IMG/VR virus record: IMGVR_UViG_3300012933_000135
DNA: 64,000 nucleotides
From: an uncultured virus (IMG/VR IMGVR_UViG_3300012933_000135)
Taxonomy: Duplodnaviria > Heunggongvirae > Uroviricota > Caudoviricetes
Reading direction: 5' to 3' (one strand)
The notes beneath the pieces are model-generated. The model did no database searches. It was not told the origin of the DNA and worked only from the letters and a program-made list of their open reading frames with translations. The translations under genes and the position numbers were made by a program. Below are positions 20,127 through 28,207 of the stretch, piece by piece; positions within the stretch are counted from its first letter, which is position 1, and every line of letters starts with the position of its first letter.

Positions 20127-21130
20127 TGACTCAAAGACCTAAAGCGTTTTTTATTAACGGCGGAGCAGGCCGAGTTCTTTGCTCAATCCCAGCTTTTGAA
20201 AAGTATGCAGAAGAAAATGGTGAAGATTTTATCATCGTTTGCGAAGGCGGAACTGACTTTTACAAAGGTCATCCACTACTCGACTCTAGAGTTTACGATC
20301 ATTGGCACAAGAATTTGTTCGAAGACAAGCTAGTAAACATGGATATCGTAACCCCAGAACCATATAGAGTTTGGGAATACTACAATCAAAAATGTAGTCT
20401 AGCACAAGCATTTGATATTGCTATTAACAACAAGGGTATTCGAAATCTCGACAAGCCTACATTGAAACTTGCTCAAGAAGAAATGTATACTGGATTTAAC
20501 CTTGTAAAAGAAGTTAGAGAAAAAACAAAGAAAGACAAAGTTATTGTTTTCCAACCGTTTGGCCGTGGTGTCAAAGCCGAAAACAATGTAATCTTTGATC
20601 CATCTGGACGTTCGTTTGAAGGTACCCACGTTATCAACATTGTTAAAAAGCTCCAACGAAAGTTTGCAGTTATTTTAATGAGCGAGATCGGTATTGATTT
20701 TTCAAAGCACGGATGTAAAGATCCAGTAGCGATGCCACAAAATGTCGGACTAAGACAGTGGGCCGGCATTATCAATGCTTCGGACTACTTCCTAGGTTGC
20801 GATTCAGTCGGGCAACATTTAGCCTACGCTGTTGATTCCGCAGCATCAGTTGTTGTCGGATCAACCTTTAGTATCAACGTATCATACCCAGATGTTGAGA
20901 AGTTTGATATTTTAGACATGGGTGGCAAAATTAGACGATATAGTCCAATTAGAATCACAATGGATGAAGTTGCAGACCGAGGCAATGATGGTATTATGCT
21001 CATGAACGACAAGATTGAAGATGCTATTGTTGACTCAGTTGTTAAAGGTGCCGATAAGTTTAAGAAAAATGCACCTGCTAGTCAAGATGTAATTATTACA
21101 TCTGCTCCTCCATCAGGATGTGCTGTCTAA
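20127..21130 (+). CDS. Glycosyltransferase, GT9 (heptosyltransferase)-like GT-B fold
   Basis: N-terminal GGAGRVLCSIPA (cf. WaaC SSMGDVLHTLPA), IVFQPFG, and DYFLGCDSVGQHLAYA (GT9 'DSG.MHLA.A'). Start at MTQRPK behind an AGGA RBS; exact start coordinate approximate. Confidence 0.75.
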
Positions 21131-22050
21131 TGAGACGGTTGTTTACATTTGGATGTAGCTATACCAGTTATAGTTGGCCTACTTGGGCTGATTTAACTGG
21201 TATGGATTTTGAATTCTCACGTAATTGGGGATTGTCAGGTGTTGGTAACAAAGCTATTGCTGAACGTGTAGCTGAGGCTAACATCCGTTATCAATTTACA
21301 GAAGAAGATGTTGTCATCGTACAATGGTCTAGTCACTTGCGTAATGATTTCTGGCACATGCATAGTTTGCCAGAACGTCACACAGGGTGGAAAACTGCCG
21401 GTAGTATTTTTAACTACATTAATGAAAAGTTATACGATAAGAAATGGATTAACACTTTCTTTTTCGAGCCTGCATATTTTATGCATACGTTGAATCATAT
21501 TTCAATGACTCAGGGTTTACTAAAGTCAACTGGCTGTAAATGGTATATGACTAGTATCGGTGATATTAGAAATATGGGTGCTGATTTGAGAGACAATGAC
21601 GGTATCGGAGAACAAACTGAGTTCTTAAATCCGTACGATCGATCATTGGATATGGCAGCTTGGCAAAAGATTCCAGAGCTTGCTATTTACAATAAGCCTA
21701 TCTGGATAGATCATGCAGATCACTGGCTAACACCATTAGAAACATTTGCGCAGAAACACCCAGAACATACTTTTGACTTCGTCGACACTGTTCGAAAGAA
21801 TAAAACGTTCCAGGATACACATCCTAGTACGCGACAGCATCTAATGTGGGTTGAGCAAGAACTAAAAGAAAGGTTGCAATTAAGCGACAAATCAATTACA
21901 ATAGCAAATAAAGTAGCTGATGCGGTAGATGCTGCTCATCAAAAGTTTAGATTTAACAAGCATACCTTTGAGCTAATGCTTTCTAAACGAGTAGAATTTC
22001 CAATGGATGCTACTAACCTTAAATGGCCGATTAGGTACGAAGGATTTTAA
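21130..22050 (+). CDS. SGNH/GDSL-fold protein (putative O-acyl esterase or transferase)
   Basis: Block I FGCSYT, block II NWGLSGVGN, VIVQWS and block V DTHP. TAATG coupling to the GT gene. Confidence 0.65.
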   Translation: MRRLFTFGCSYTSYSWPTWADLTGMDFEFSRNWGLSGVGNKAIAERVAEANIRYQFTEEDVVIVQWSSHLRNDFWHMHSLPERHTGWKTAGSIFNYINEKLYDKKWINTFFFEPAYFMHTLNHISMTQGLLKSTGCKWYMTSIGDIRNMGADLRDNDGIGEQTEFLNPYDRSLDMAAWQKIPELAIYNKPIWIDHADHWLTPLETFAQKHPEHTFDFVDTVRKNKTFQDTHPSTRQHLMWVEQELKERLQLSDKSITIANKVADAVDAAHQKFRFNKHTFELMLSKRVEFPMDATNLKWPIRYEGF

Positions 22051-22059
22051 AGGATAAAA

Positions 22060-23859
22060 ATGAAAGATTTAACAAAAGATATTTGGATTGCCGGCATTGC
22101 CCGAGGACATAACAGTAGTGTATGTTTATTAAAGAACGGCGAAGTTGTATTCAGTATTGAAGAAGAGCGTATCAGTCGTCACAAGTATGACGGTGGTCCG
22201 TTAGCTGCAATGATTAAAATCCTAGACTACACTAAAGAGCTAGATTATATTGTTGTTGCACACACACAATCTCTTAAGGAAACTGCTGGCAGAGTTGATT
22301 TCTCAGGCGATGACATTTATACAGGGCTTGCTAGAAAATTAGGTCTTATTCGCAAGCATGAAAACCCATACGATCATCCGCAAGTTGTTGATCTAAGTCA
22401 TATCCATCACAAGCTACATGCTGCTTGTGCATTCTATCGCTCAGGATTCGAAGAAGCTGCTGCATTAATTGTCGACGGTGCCGGAACATTCTTACCATTA
22501 ATGGTAAATGGCGAAAGTCTTATTGGTTGGGAAACTGAAAGCATTTATGACTGTTCATATCCTGCTAACTTTAAAACTAAGTATAAGCACATTGGCTTGC
22601 GTGGGCCGAATAGTGGAGCATTAGTTCCAAACTTTGATAGTACAATGTACGACGAGCCGGGTTCTACTCATGAAGCACTAGTAACTGACCGCGCTGGTAT
22701 TACCAAAGTGTACGAAGCAGTTACACAATACTGCGGTTGGTCTAGTATCGAAGCTGGTAAGACTATGGGACTATTCCCGTACGGTAAAGAAAATAGTAAT
22801 ATTCCTAAGTTGTTTGACGATTCAGGTGTTGCTCCGTTGTCTAATAGAAACTTAATTGTTCCCACATATCCGAATGGCGCTATTGTTAACGTTGGATTGT
22901 TTGACTATCTAAACAATGCAGATGCTAAAGATGTAACTACTTTAGAGAATCGTAGAGACTTAGCGTATGCATGTCAAACACAGACACAAGAACAAGTACT
23001 TCGTTTGATCCGTAAAGCCAGTGAAATGACTGGTCAAAAGAAAGTTGTAATTAGTGGCGGATACGGTTTGAACTGTGTTGCTAACTATTTCTACTTGCAA
23101 GGTCTACAAGAAGACGGCATTGAAATTTATGTAGAGCCAATTAGCAATGATGCTGGCACCGCAATTGGTGCTGCTATCATGTTCTACAAAGATATGTGCC
23201 CTAATAGTGTTAACGATTACACTAAAGACGGACTGTATCTTGGGTTTGATCACAACTATACTGTTGCCGATGTAACTGAGATTGCTGCTCATGCAGGGGT
23301 TGAAGTTACCGATGCAACACACGAGACTGTTGTTGATCTACTAATGAATAAAAATATCGTTAGTATGTTCCAAGGTCGAAGTGAGAATGGTCCACGTGCA
23401 TTAGGCAATCGCAGTATTTTGTTCAATCCAACATACGAAGATGGCAAAGACTTCGTTAACGAGGTTAAGCATCGCGAATATTTCCGTCCGTTTGCTGGAT
23501 CAATTATGCAAGAATATGCACACGATTGGTTTGATCTACGTGGAATGAAAGATAGTCCGCATATGATGTATGCTGTTAACTGCCAGCCGGGCATCGAAGA
23601 AAAGATTCCTGCTATCATCCACGTTGACGGAACATGTCGTATTCAAACAGTTACTGAAGAGCAGAACAAACACTACTATGATTTGATTAAAACATTCCAT
23701 AGTAGAACAGGTGTTCCTATCTTGTTCAACACTAGCTTTAATTTAGGTGGTGATCCGCTTGTAGAAACACTCGAAGATGCTATTCATACACTTAAACAAA
23801 GTGAGATAGAATACTTATACTTGCCAGAATTAGGAAAACTAATTAAAGTAGGGAATTAA
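22060..23859 (+). CDS. O-carbamoyltransferase, NodU/CmcH/TobZ family
   Basis: HNSSVC, EEERISRHK, HHKLHA, VDGAG, AGKTMGL, SGGYGLNCVAN, DAGTAIG, ENGPRALGNRSIL, KHREYFRPFA, HVDGTCRIQTV and NTSFN. Confidence 0.96.
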   Translation: MKDLTKDIWIAGIARGHNSSVCLLKNGEVVFSIEEERISRHKYDGGPLAAMIKILDYTKELDYIVVAHTQSLKETAGRVDFSGDDIYTGLARKLGLIRKHENPYDHPQVVDLSHIHHKLHAACAFYRSGFEEAAALIVDGAGTFLPLMVNGESLIGWETESIYDCSYPANFKTKYKHIGLRGPNSGALVPNFDSTMYDEPGSTHEALVTDRAGITKVYEAVTQYCGWSSIEAGKTMGLFPYGKENSNIPKLFDDSGVAPLSNRNLIVPTYPNGAIVNVGLFDYLNNADAKDVTTLENRRDLAYACQTQTQEQVLRLIRKASEMTGQKKVVISGGYGLNCVANYFYLQGLQEDGIEIYVEPISNDAGTAIGAAIMFYKDMCPNSVNDYTKDGLYLGFDHNYTVADVTEIAAHAGVEVTDATHETVVDLLMNKNIVSMFQGRSENGPRALGNRSILFNPTYEDGKDFVNEVKHREYFRPFAGSIMQEYAHDWFDLRGMKDSPHMMYAVNCQPGIEEKIPAIIHVDGTCRIQTVTEEQNKHYYDLIKTFHSRTGVPILFNTSFNLGGDPLVETLEDAIHTLKQSEIEYLYLPELGKLIKVGN

Positions 23860-23885
23860 AAAAAGGAGCTAAATGCTCCTTTTTT
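23858..23885. terminator. Bidirectional Rho-independent terminator
   Basis: AAAAAAA-GGAGC-TAAAT-GCTCC-TTTTTT between convergent genes. Confidence 0.85.
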
Positions 23886-23889
23886 GTTG

Positions 23890-24561
23890 TTACGCAGATT
23901 GATCTGGCGGTGTTGGCATATGAACTTTCCACGGATCAACAGCAGGTACTTCACCTGAATGTGTTGCGCCGTATGTTTGCGGTAAGTCTCTTAATGCTTG
24001 ACGATACTCTGCCCACTTAGCTTTAACTGAATCTGGAGCATCTAGTGGCTCTTTATAGTCAGTTCTAGTAAGCTGATCATTTCTCCAACCTCGAACCATT
24101 TCCCATGTTGAGTGTGGTTTCTTCCAAGGCCACGGCTTATCGAAATCAGCAATCGTTGGATTGTAAGTAATTTCAGTAAGTTCGTATGTATGATCAGGCG
24201 GTGGAGTTAGCGGACGCATGTACTTGTTACCGTCCGGTAGTGTTTCCTCATGCTGATCTAATAAATTATAATCTCGAACTTCGTCTGCACCTACTAATGT
24301 ACATATTAGTGGATTAGTAGTGCAATCAATCATAACTTTGTATTGATCTGCAGGAGTTGGATAATGTTCACCGTCTTCTGCTTCTGTTCTGTACTGACTA
24401 GTAAGTAGATTTGTATCTTTGTATACGAAAATCCAAATTTTGTCAGGTCCGTTGTACACCCAATTACCTGTTTTACCTAATTCATTTGTTTGATACAAAT
24501 AGTCATCAGGTGCGTCATAGGTAAAGGGTACGTCTACGTGTGTATTTTCTTTGTCTGCCAT
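23890..24561 (-). CDS. Tail fibre assembly chaperone-like protein (paralogue 2)
   Basis: C-terminal RNDQLTRTDY...WAEYRQALRDLPQ motif of phage tail-assembly chaperones. Start at MADKENT behind AAGGT. Confidence 0.75.
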   Translation of the reverse strand: MADKENTHVDVPFTYDAPDDYLYQTNELGKTGNWVYNGPDKIWIFVYKDTNLLTSQYRTEAEDGEHYPTPADQYKVMIDCTTNPLICTLVGADEVRDYNLLDQHEETLPDGNKYMRPLTPPPDHTYELTEITYNPTIADFDKPWPWKKPHSTWEMVRGWRNDQLTRTDYKEPLDAPDSVKAKWAEYRQALRDLPQTYGATHSGEVPAVDPWKVHMPTPPDQSA

Positions 24562-24575
24562 GTGTTTACCTTTGA

Positions 24576-25331
24576 TTAACCGTAAGTGATAGTAACTAAG
24601 CCACCACCACCCCATGATCCGCACCAGCAGTTACCGCCGTGTGCTTGGGCGCTTAGACCGCCACCGCCTGGGAAAGCAGTGCATGGGAACCAGCCGGTAC
24701 AGCTACCGTTGGCTGAACCGTTAATACAACCACCAGGACCTGTTTGCGGTCCAGATTGTGCTAATGGAGCCATTGAAGCTAATTGTTGTGGATACTGTGC
24801 GCACCATGTTGATGATGTCATACTACTTTGCATTCCGTGAATACAAATGTCGCCACCGAATGCACAGCAGCAATATGGATACGGAATACTACATGTGTAG
24901 CAACCGTAATACATAAAGCAGTGAACTTCACCGTAAGAGCCGCCTTTTGCACAGAAGTTAGTTAGACCATAGCCCTGTACCCAGCTATCAAAACCTGGGC
25001 AACCTAAACATCCAGGAGCCATACCGGTTGTTGACCCAGCGCAAACTGTGTAAGAGCAACCAGCTAAAGACGTACTGCATACCATTTTTGAAGCATAAGC
25101 TCCAGATCCGCCAGGGAAGCCTTGCATACAGCAGCAAGAGCCTGCTCCACCGCCACCTGAGCCCCATACTTCAAATGCAATCCATGTAGTACCAGCAGGT
25201 GCAATAAACTGACAGCATCTGCCACCGTTTGATGGAGTGTTTACACTTGTATTAAACACTGCAATTTCTGTAGGATAATTAGTCGATGCAGGAATTGCTA
25301 ATGAGTTTGTTAATGTTCTTAAATCTGACAT
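24576..25331 (-). CDS. Cys-rich, glycine-rich adhesin-like protein (paralogue 3)
   Basis: 251 aa, 24 Cys by my count. FEVWGSGGGGAGSCCC and C-terminal WGGGGLVTITYG. Confidence 0.75.
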   Translation of the reverse strand: MSDLRTLTNSLAIPASTNYPTEIAVFNTSVNTPSNGGRCCQFIAPAGTTWIAFEVWGSGGGGAGSCCCMQGFPGGSGAYASKMVCSTSLAGCSYTVCAGSTTGMAPGCLGCPGFDSWVQGYGLTNFCAKGGSYGEVHCFMYYGCYTCSIPYPYCCCAFGGDICIHGMQSSMTSSTWCAQYPQQLASMAPLAQSGPQTGPGGCINGSANGSCTGWFPCTAFPGGGGLSAQAHGGNCWCGSWGGGGLVTITYG

Positions 25332-25345
25332 TCTATTCCTTTACC

Positions 25346-26092
25346 TTATTTGTACGTTACTAATACTAGGCCGCCGGCACCCCAGCCGCCCCAGCAACAT
25401 CCACCATAGGAAATAGCTGTTCCACCACCGCCACCTGGCCAAATATTTCCGCCGGTGTGTTGGCAACCCATCCAAGATTCGCCGCACATTGTTCTTGAAA
25501 TACGTGTTCCGGAACCAATAACTGGACCTGAAGGGATATATTGCCATGAGTCAAAGCCACACCATGATTGGTGAGCGCTACCTGCTACGCCGCAAATTGC
25601 ATGATCGTAACCACATGCACTACCGTCAATAGCGGTTGAGCAGTGATAGTTACCACCAATAGCAGCCCAGCAACAACTTTGGCCGCCTTTGCCGCCTGAT
25701 GCGCATAAGCAAATACCGTATGTAGTGCCGCCACATGCATACGATGGAAAGCCACGTGTACCTGTAGAGTTCTGAGCGCAACAGCCTGAACCGCCTGCGC
25801 ATAATGTATATGTTTGCCCTGGAACAACACGAGTAGTCTTTCGAGCATAGGATCCAGATCCTCCGCCCTCTGACGGCTGCTGACAACAACATGCACCGCC
25901 GCCGTCTCCGCCGCCGCCCCATACTTCGAACTTAGCCCATACTACGCCAGCAGGGACAGTCCACAAGCAGCATTGCCCGCCGTTTTGTACGTTCTCTACG
26001 TTGGTATTGTACACGTATAAATTGTTAAACGTGTTAGTTGCATAGGTTGGATTAAATCGAGTGTCGGGAAAAAGTGATCTTAAATCTGACAT
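25346..26092 (-). CDS. Cys-rich, glycine-rich adhesin-like protein (paralogue 2)
   Basis: 248 aa, 21 Cys by my count. FEVWGGGGDGGGACCC and C-terminal WGAGGLVLVTYK. Confidence 0.75.
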   Translation of the reverse strand: MSDLRSLFPDTRFNPTYATNTFNNLYVYNTNVENVQNGGQCCLWTVPAGVVWAKFEVWGGGGDGGGACCCQQPSEGGGSGSYARKTTRVVPGQTYTLCAGGSGCCAQNSTGTRGFPSYACGGTTYGICLCASGGKGGQSCCWAAIGGNYHCSTAIDGSACGYDHAICGVAGSAHQSWCGFDSWQYIPSGPVIGSGTRISRTMCGESWMGCQHTGGNIWPGGGGGTAISYGGCCWGGWGAGGLVLVTYK

Positions 26093-26096
26093 TAGA

Positions 26097-26744
26097 TTAC
26101 TCCGTATCTGTTATAACTGCAAACGGCTCATTAGGGAATGGAATCTTCCAAGCTTCAATTCCGTTAAAAGTATCTGGAATATCACGAAGTGCTTGACGAT
26201 ATGCTTCCCAGACTGGCTTTTGTTCTTCAGTTGCTAATGCATACTTAGAGTCTGATGCTGCTAGCATGTTGTTGCGAACAGTAACTAGAGTAGCCCAATC
26301 CATGTGCGGAGCTTTGAAAGGATAAGGTTTAACAAACTGACCTGTTGCTGGATTATAAGAAATATCACCTAATTCGTAAGTGTGATCAGGTGGAACATCG
26401 ACAGGATGTCCGTAAGTTGAACCGTCTGGTAAGTCTTCCACTGTGTGTTCTAACTCTCCGTATAGTTGTTCAGTATGAAATAAGCTAATCAAGATGGGAT
26501 CTACATCGCCGTCAATCATAACTTTTGTCATGCCGACTGGTGTCGGTACGTCATCTCCGTTGTCACGTTCTGTATAGTGGAATCGACTTGAAATCTTGTT
26601 AGTTTCATTGTCGACAAACACCCAAATGTATCTTGGACCTGCATAAGTCCATGTTGCTGTTTTATTAAGAGTTCGTTCTAAGCTCAGATATGCATCTGGA
26701 ACTGGGTATGTGAACGTTTTCTCAAGTCTTGTAATTTCTGGCAT
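26097..26744 (-). CDS. Tail fibre assembly chaperone-like protein (paralogue 1)
   Basis: RNNMLAASD...WEAYRQALRDIP. Shares FTY..PD.YL, GP..IW.FV, LPDG and PPDHTYEL with 23890-24561. Confidence 0.75.
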   Translation of the reverse strand: MPEITRLEKTFTYPVPDAYLSLERTLNKTATWTYAGPRYIWVFVDNETNKISSRFHYTERDNGDDVPTPVGMTKVMIDGDVDPILISLFHTEQLYGELEHTVEDLPDGSTYGHPVDVPPDHTYELGDISYNPATGQFVKPYPFKAPHMDWATLVTVRNNMLAASDSKYALATEEQKPVWEAYRQALRDIPDTFNGIEAWKIPFPNEPFAVITDTE

Positions 26745-26760
26745 TCTATTTTACCTCTGT

Positions 26761-27516
26761 TTAACCGTATGTTATTAATACTAATCCGCCTGCGCCCCAT
26801 CCGCCAAAGCAACATCCGCCGCCACAGGCACGTGAGTTTGCTCCAGGGCCTGCTGGCCAGCGAGATGGATAATAATCGTTTCCGTTTCTTGTTAGTTGTG
26901 TGGTACAGTATTCCATACCAACTCGGAATGTTCCGCCGTATTTCGCAGTTCCTGCTTGACCAGTCCACTGGTTACTCCAGCAATAGTTTGATTCTTTAGC
27001 AATCGAGTTAACTGATGGGTATGAAAAATCACCACCTGCTGTAGTGCAACCGTAACTGCAAGCTGGTACACAAATACCAGTACAGCCTTGATACGATCTA
27101 AAGCATAATGTACAGCCGATGTAACCGCCGCCTGCGCAAGTTGCCATTGCGCCGCCTGATCCGCATCTAACCCACGATGGGTATCCGCACTGACCGCAAC
27201 ATGTAGTTGCACAACATCCCGAACCTGCTGCGCAGATACAAAAATAATTGTTTGCAGTAACTTGCATTGCTTTTTTTACGTAGTTGCCTGAACCTGGACC
27301 CCAATAGTTGCCCATACAGCAGCAAGAGCCTGCGCCGTCACCACCGCCGCCCCATACTTCAAAAATTGCCCAAGTCGTACCGACTGGTACTACCCAGCAA
27401 CAACATTGACCGCCATTTGATACGTTCTGAATATTCGTATTATAAATGGCTAGTTGCTGTTGTTTGTAGTTAGATGTAACTGGCGTAATTGGCAAAAGGT
27501 CTCTTAAATTTGACAT
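26761..27516 (-). CDS. Cys-rich, glycine-rich adhesin-like protein (paralogue 1)
   Basis: 251 aa, 26 Cys by my count. FEVWGGGGDGAGSCCC and C-terminal WGAGGLVLITYG. Confidence 0.75.
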   Translation of the reverse strand: MSNLRDLLPITPVTSNYKQQQLAIYNTNIQNVSNGGQCCCWVVPVGTTWAIFEVWGGGGDGAGSCCCMGNYWGPGSGNYVKKAMQVTANNYFCICAAGSGCCATTCCGQCGYPSWVRCGSGGAMATCAGGGYIGCTLCFRSYQGCTGICVPACSYGCTTAGGDFSYPSVNSIAKESNYCWSNQWTGQAGTAKYGGTFRVGMEYCTTQLTRNGNDYYPSRWPAGPGANSRACGGGCCFGGWGAGGLVLITYG

Positions 27517-27525
27517 GTTTTCGCC

Positions 27526-27849
27526 TTATTTTAAAATTATCCAACCTACCGCAGTACTATAGCAAAGAGTTACAGTTGCATTTGCAACGTTGATCGTTAA
27601 GTTTTCTGCTAGTGTTTGAATGTTGGCGCCGTTTCTTGCAACAGTAATATTACTGTTAGCAGAGTTTCCGTTTGCATCAATAATTTGAACAGTGTCGCCG
27701 TCTACGCAAGTAGATGCCAACGGTAGCGTAATTGTCTGGCCACCTGCTGTACAAATAATTCTATCATTAACAATAGCTTGATAGCTAGTGCCTGTATTAA
27801 TTCTTGTTACTGAACCAGCAGTGCCAGTTGTTGTAATGTATCGTCCCAT
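27526..27849 (-). CDS. Small fibre connector protein (single T4 gp34-like repeat)
   Basis: TITLP...GDTVQIIDANG...NITVARNG...LTIN...TL.Y...GW pattern typical of long-tail-fibre repeats. Confidence 0.6.
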   Translation of the reverse strand: MGRYITTTGTAGSVTRINTGTSYQAIVNDRIICTAGGQTITLPLASTCVDGDTVQIIDANGNSANSNITVARNGANIQTLAENLTINVANATVTLCYSTAVGWIILK

Positions 27850-27873
27850 TTGAATATTCCTTTATCAGTATAT

Positions 27874-28194
27874 TTATGACGTTGGCGTCTCAATACCCAT
27901 AGCTATTGCAGTAACCGCAGTACCACTAGCATAAACTACGATATTAAGACCAGCTTGCGCCACAATACCTGTTCGTTCTAACACACCCTTGGGTAATATT
28001 TCTGTGTCATACTCCAACCACTCGTCCGCTGTAGGCGTGCTAGTGCTTGATAATGACATTCTGCAAGTAATTGCAGAGTTGCTTCTGTTGCAAATTGATA
28101 CAGTAGCTACCGCAAAGTTACCTGTTGGGCAGGTATACAATACTGTGTTTGAACCTGCTGTAAGGTTTGCTGTTCCTAATCTTCCTGTTGCCAT
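27874..28194 (-). CDS. Small beta-rich virion protein
   Basis: 106 aa (VLYTCP, VSICNR). Similar pattern to 43533-43862. Follows a giant fibre gene. Confidence 0.7.
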   Translation of the reverse strand: MATGRLGTANLTAGSNTVLYTCPTGNFAVATVSICNRSNSAITCRMSLSSTSTPTADEWLEYDTEILPKGVLERTGIVAQAGLNIVVYASGTAVTAIAMGIETPTS

Positions 28195-28207
28195 ATAATT
28201 GTCTCCG

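Noticed and set aside
24576..27516. Cys-rich paralogues as DGR targets or RiPP precursors
   Set aside because: No reverse transcriptase and no adenine-specific template/variable repeat pair seen. The proteins are ~250 aa with a fibre-type glycine scaffold rather than leader-core peptides.
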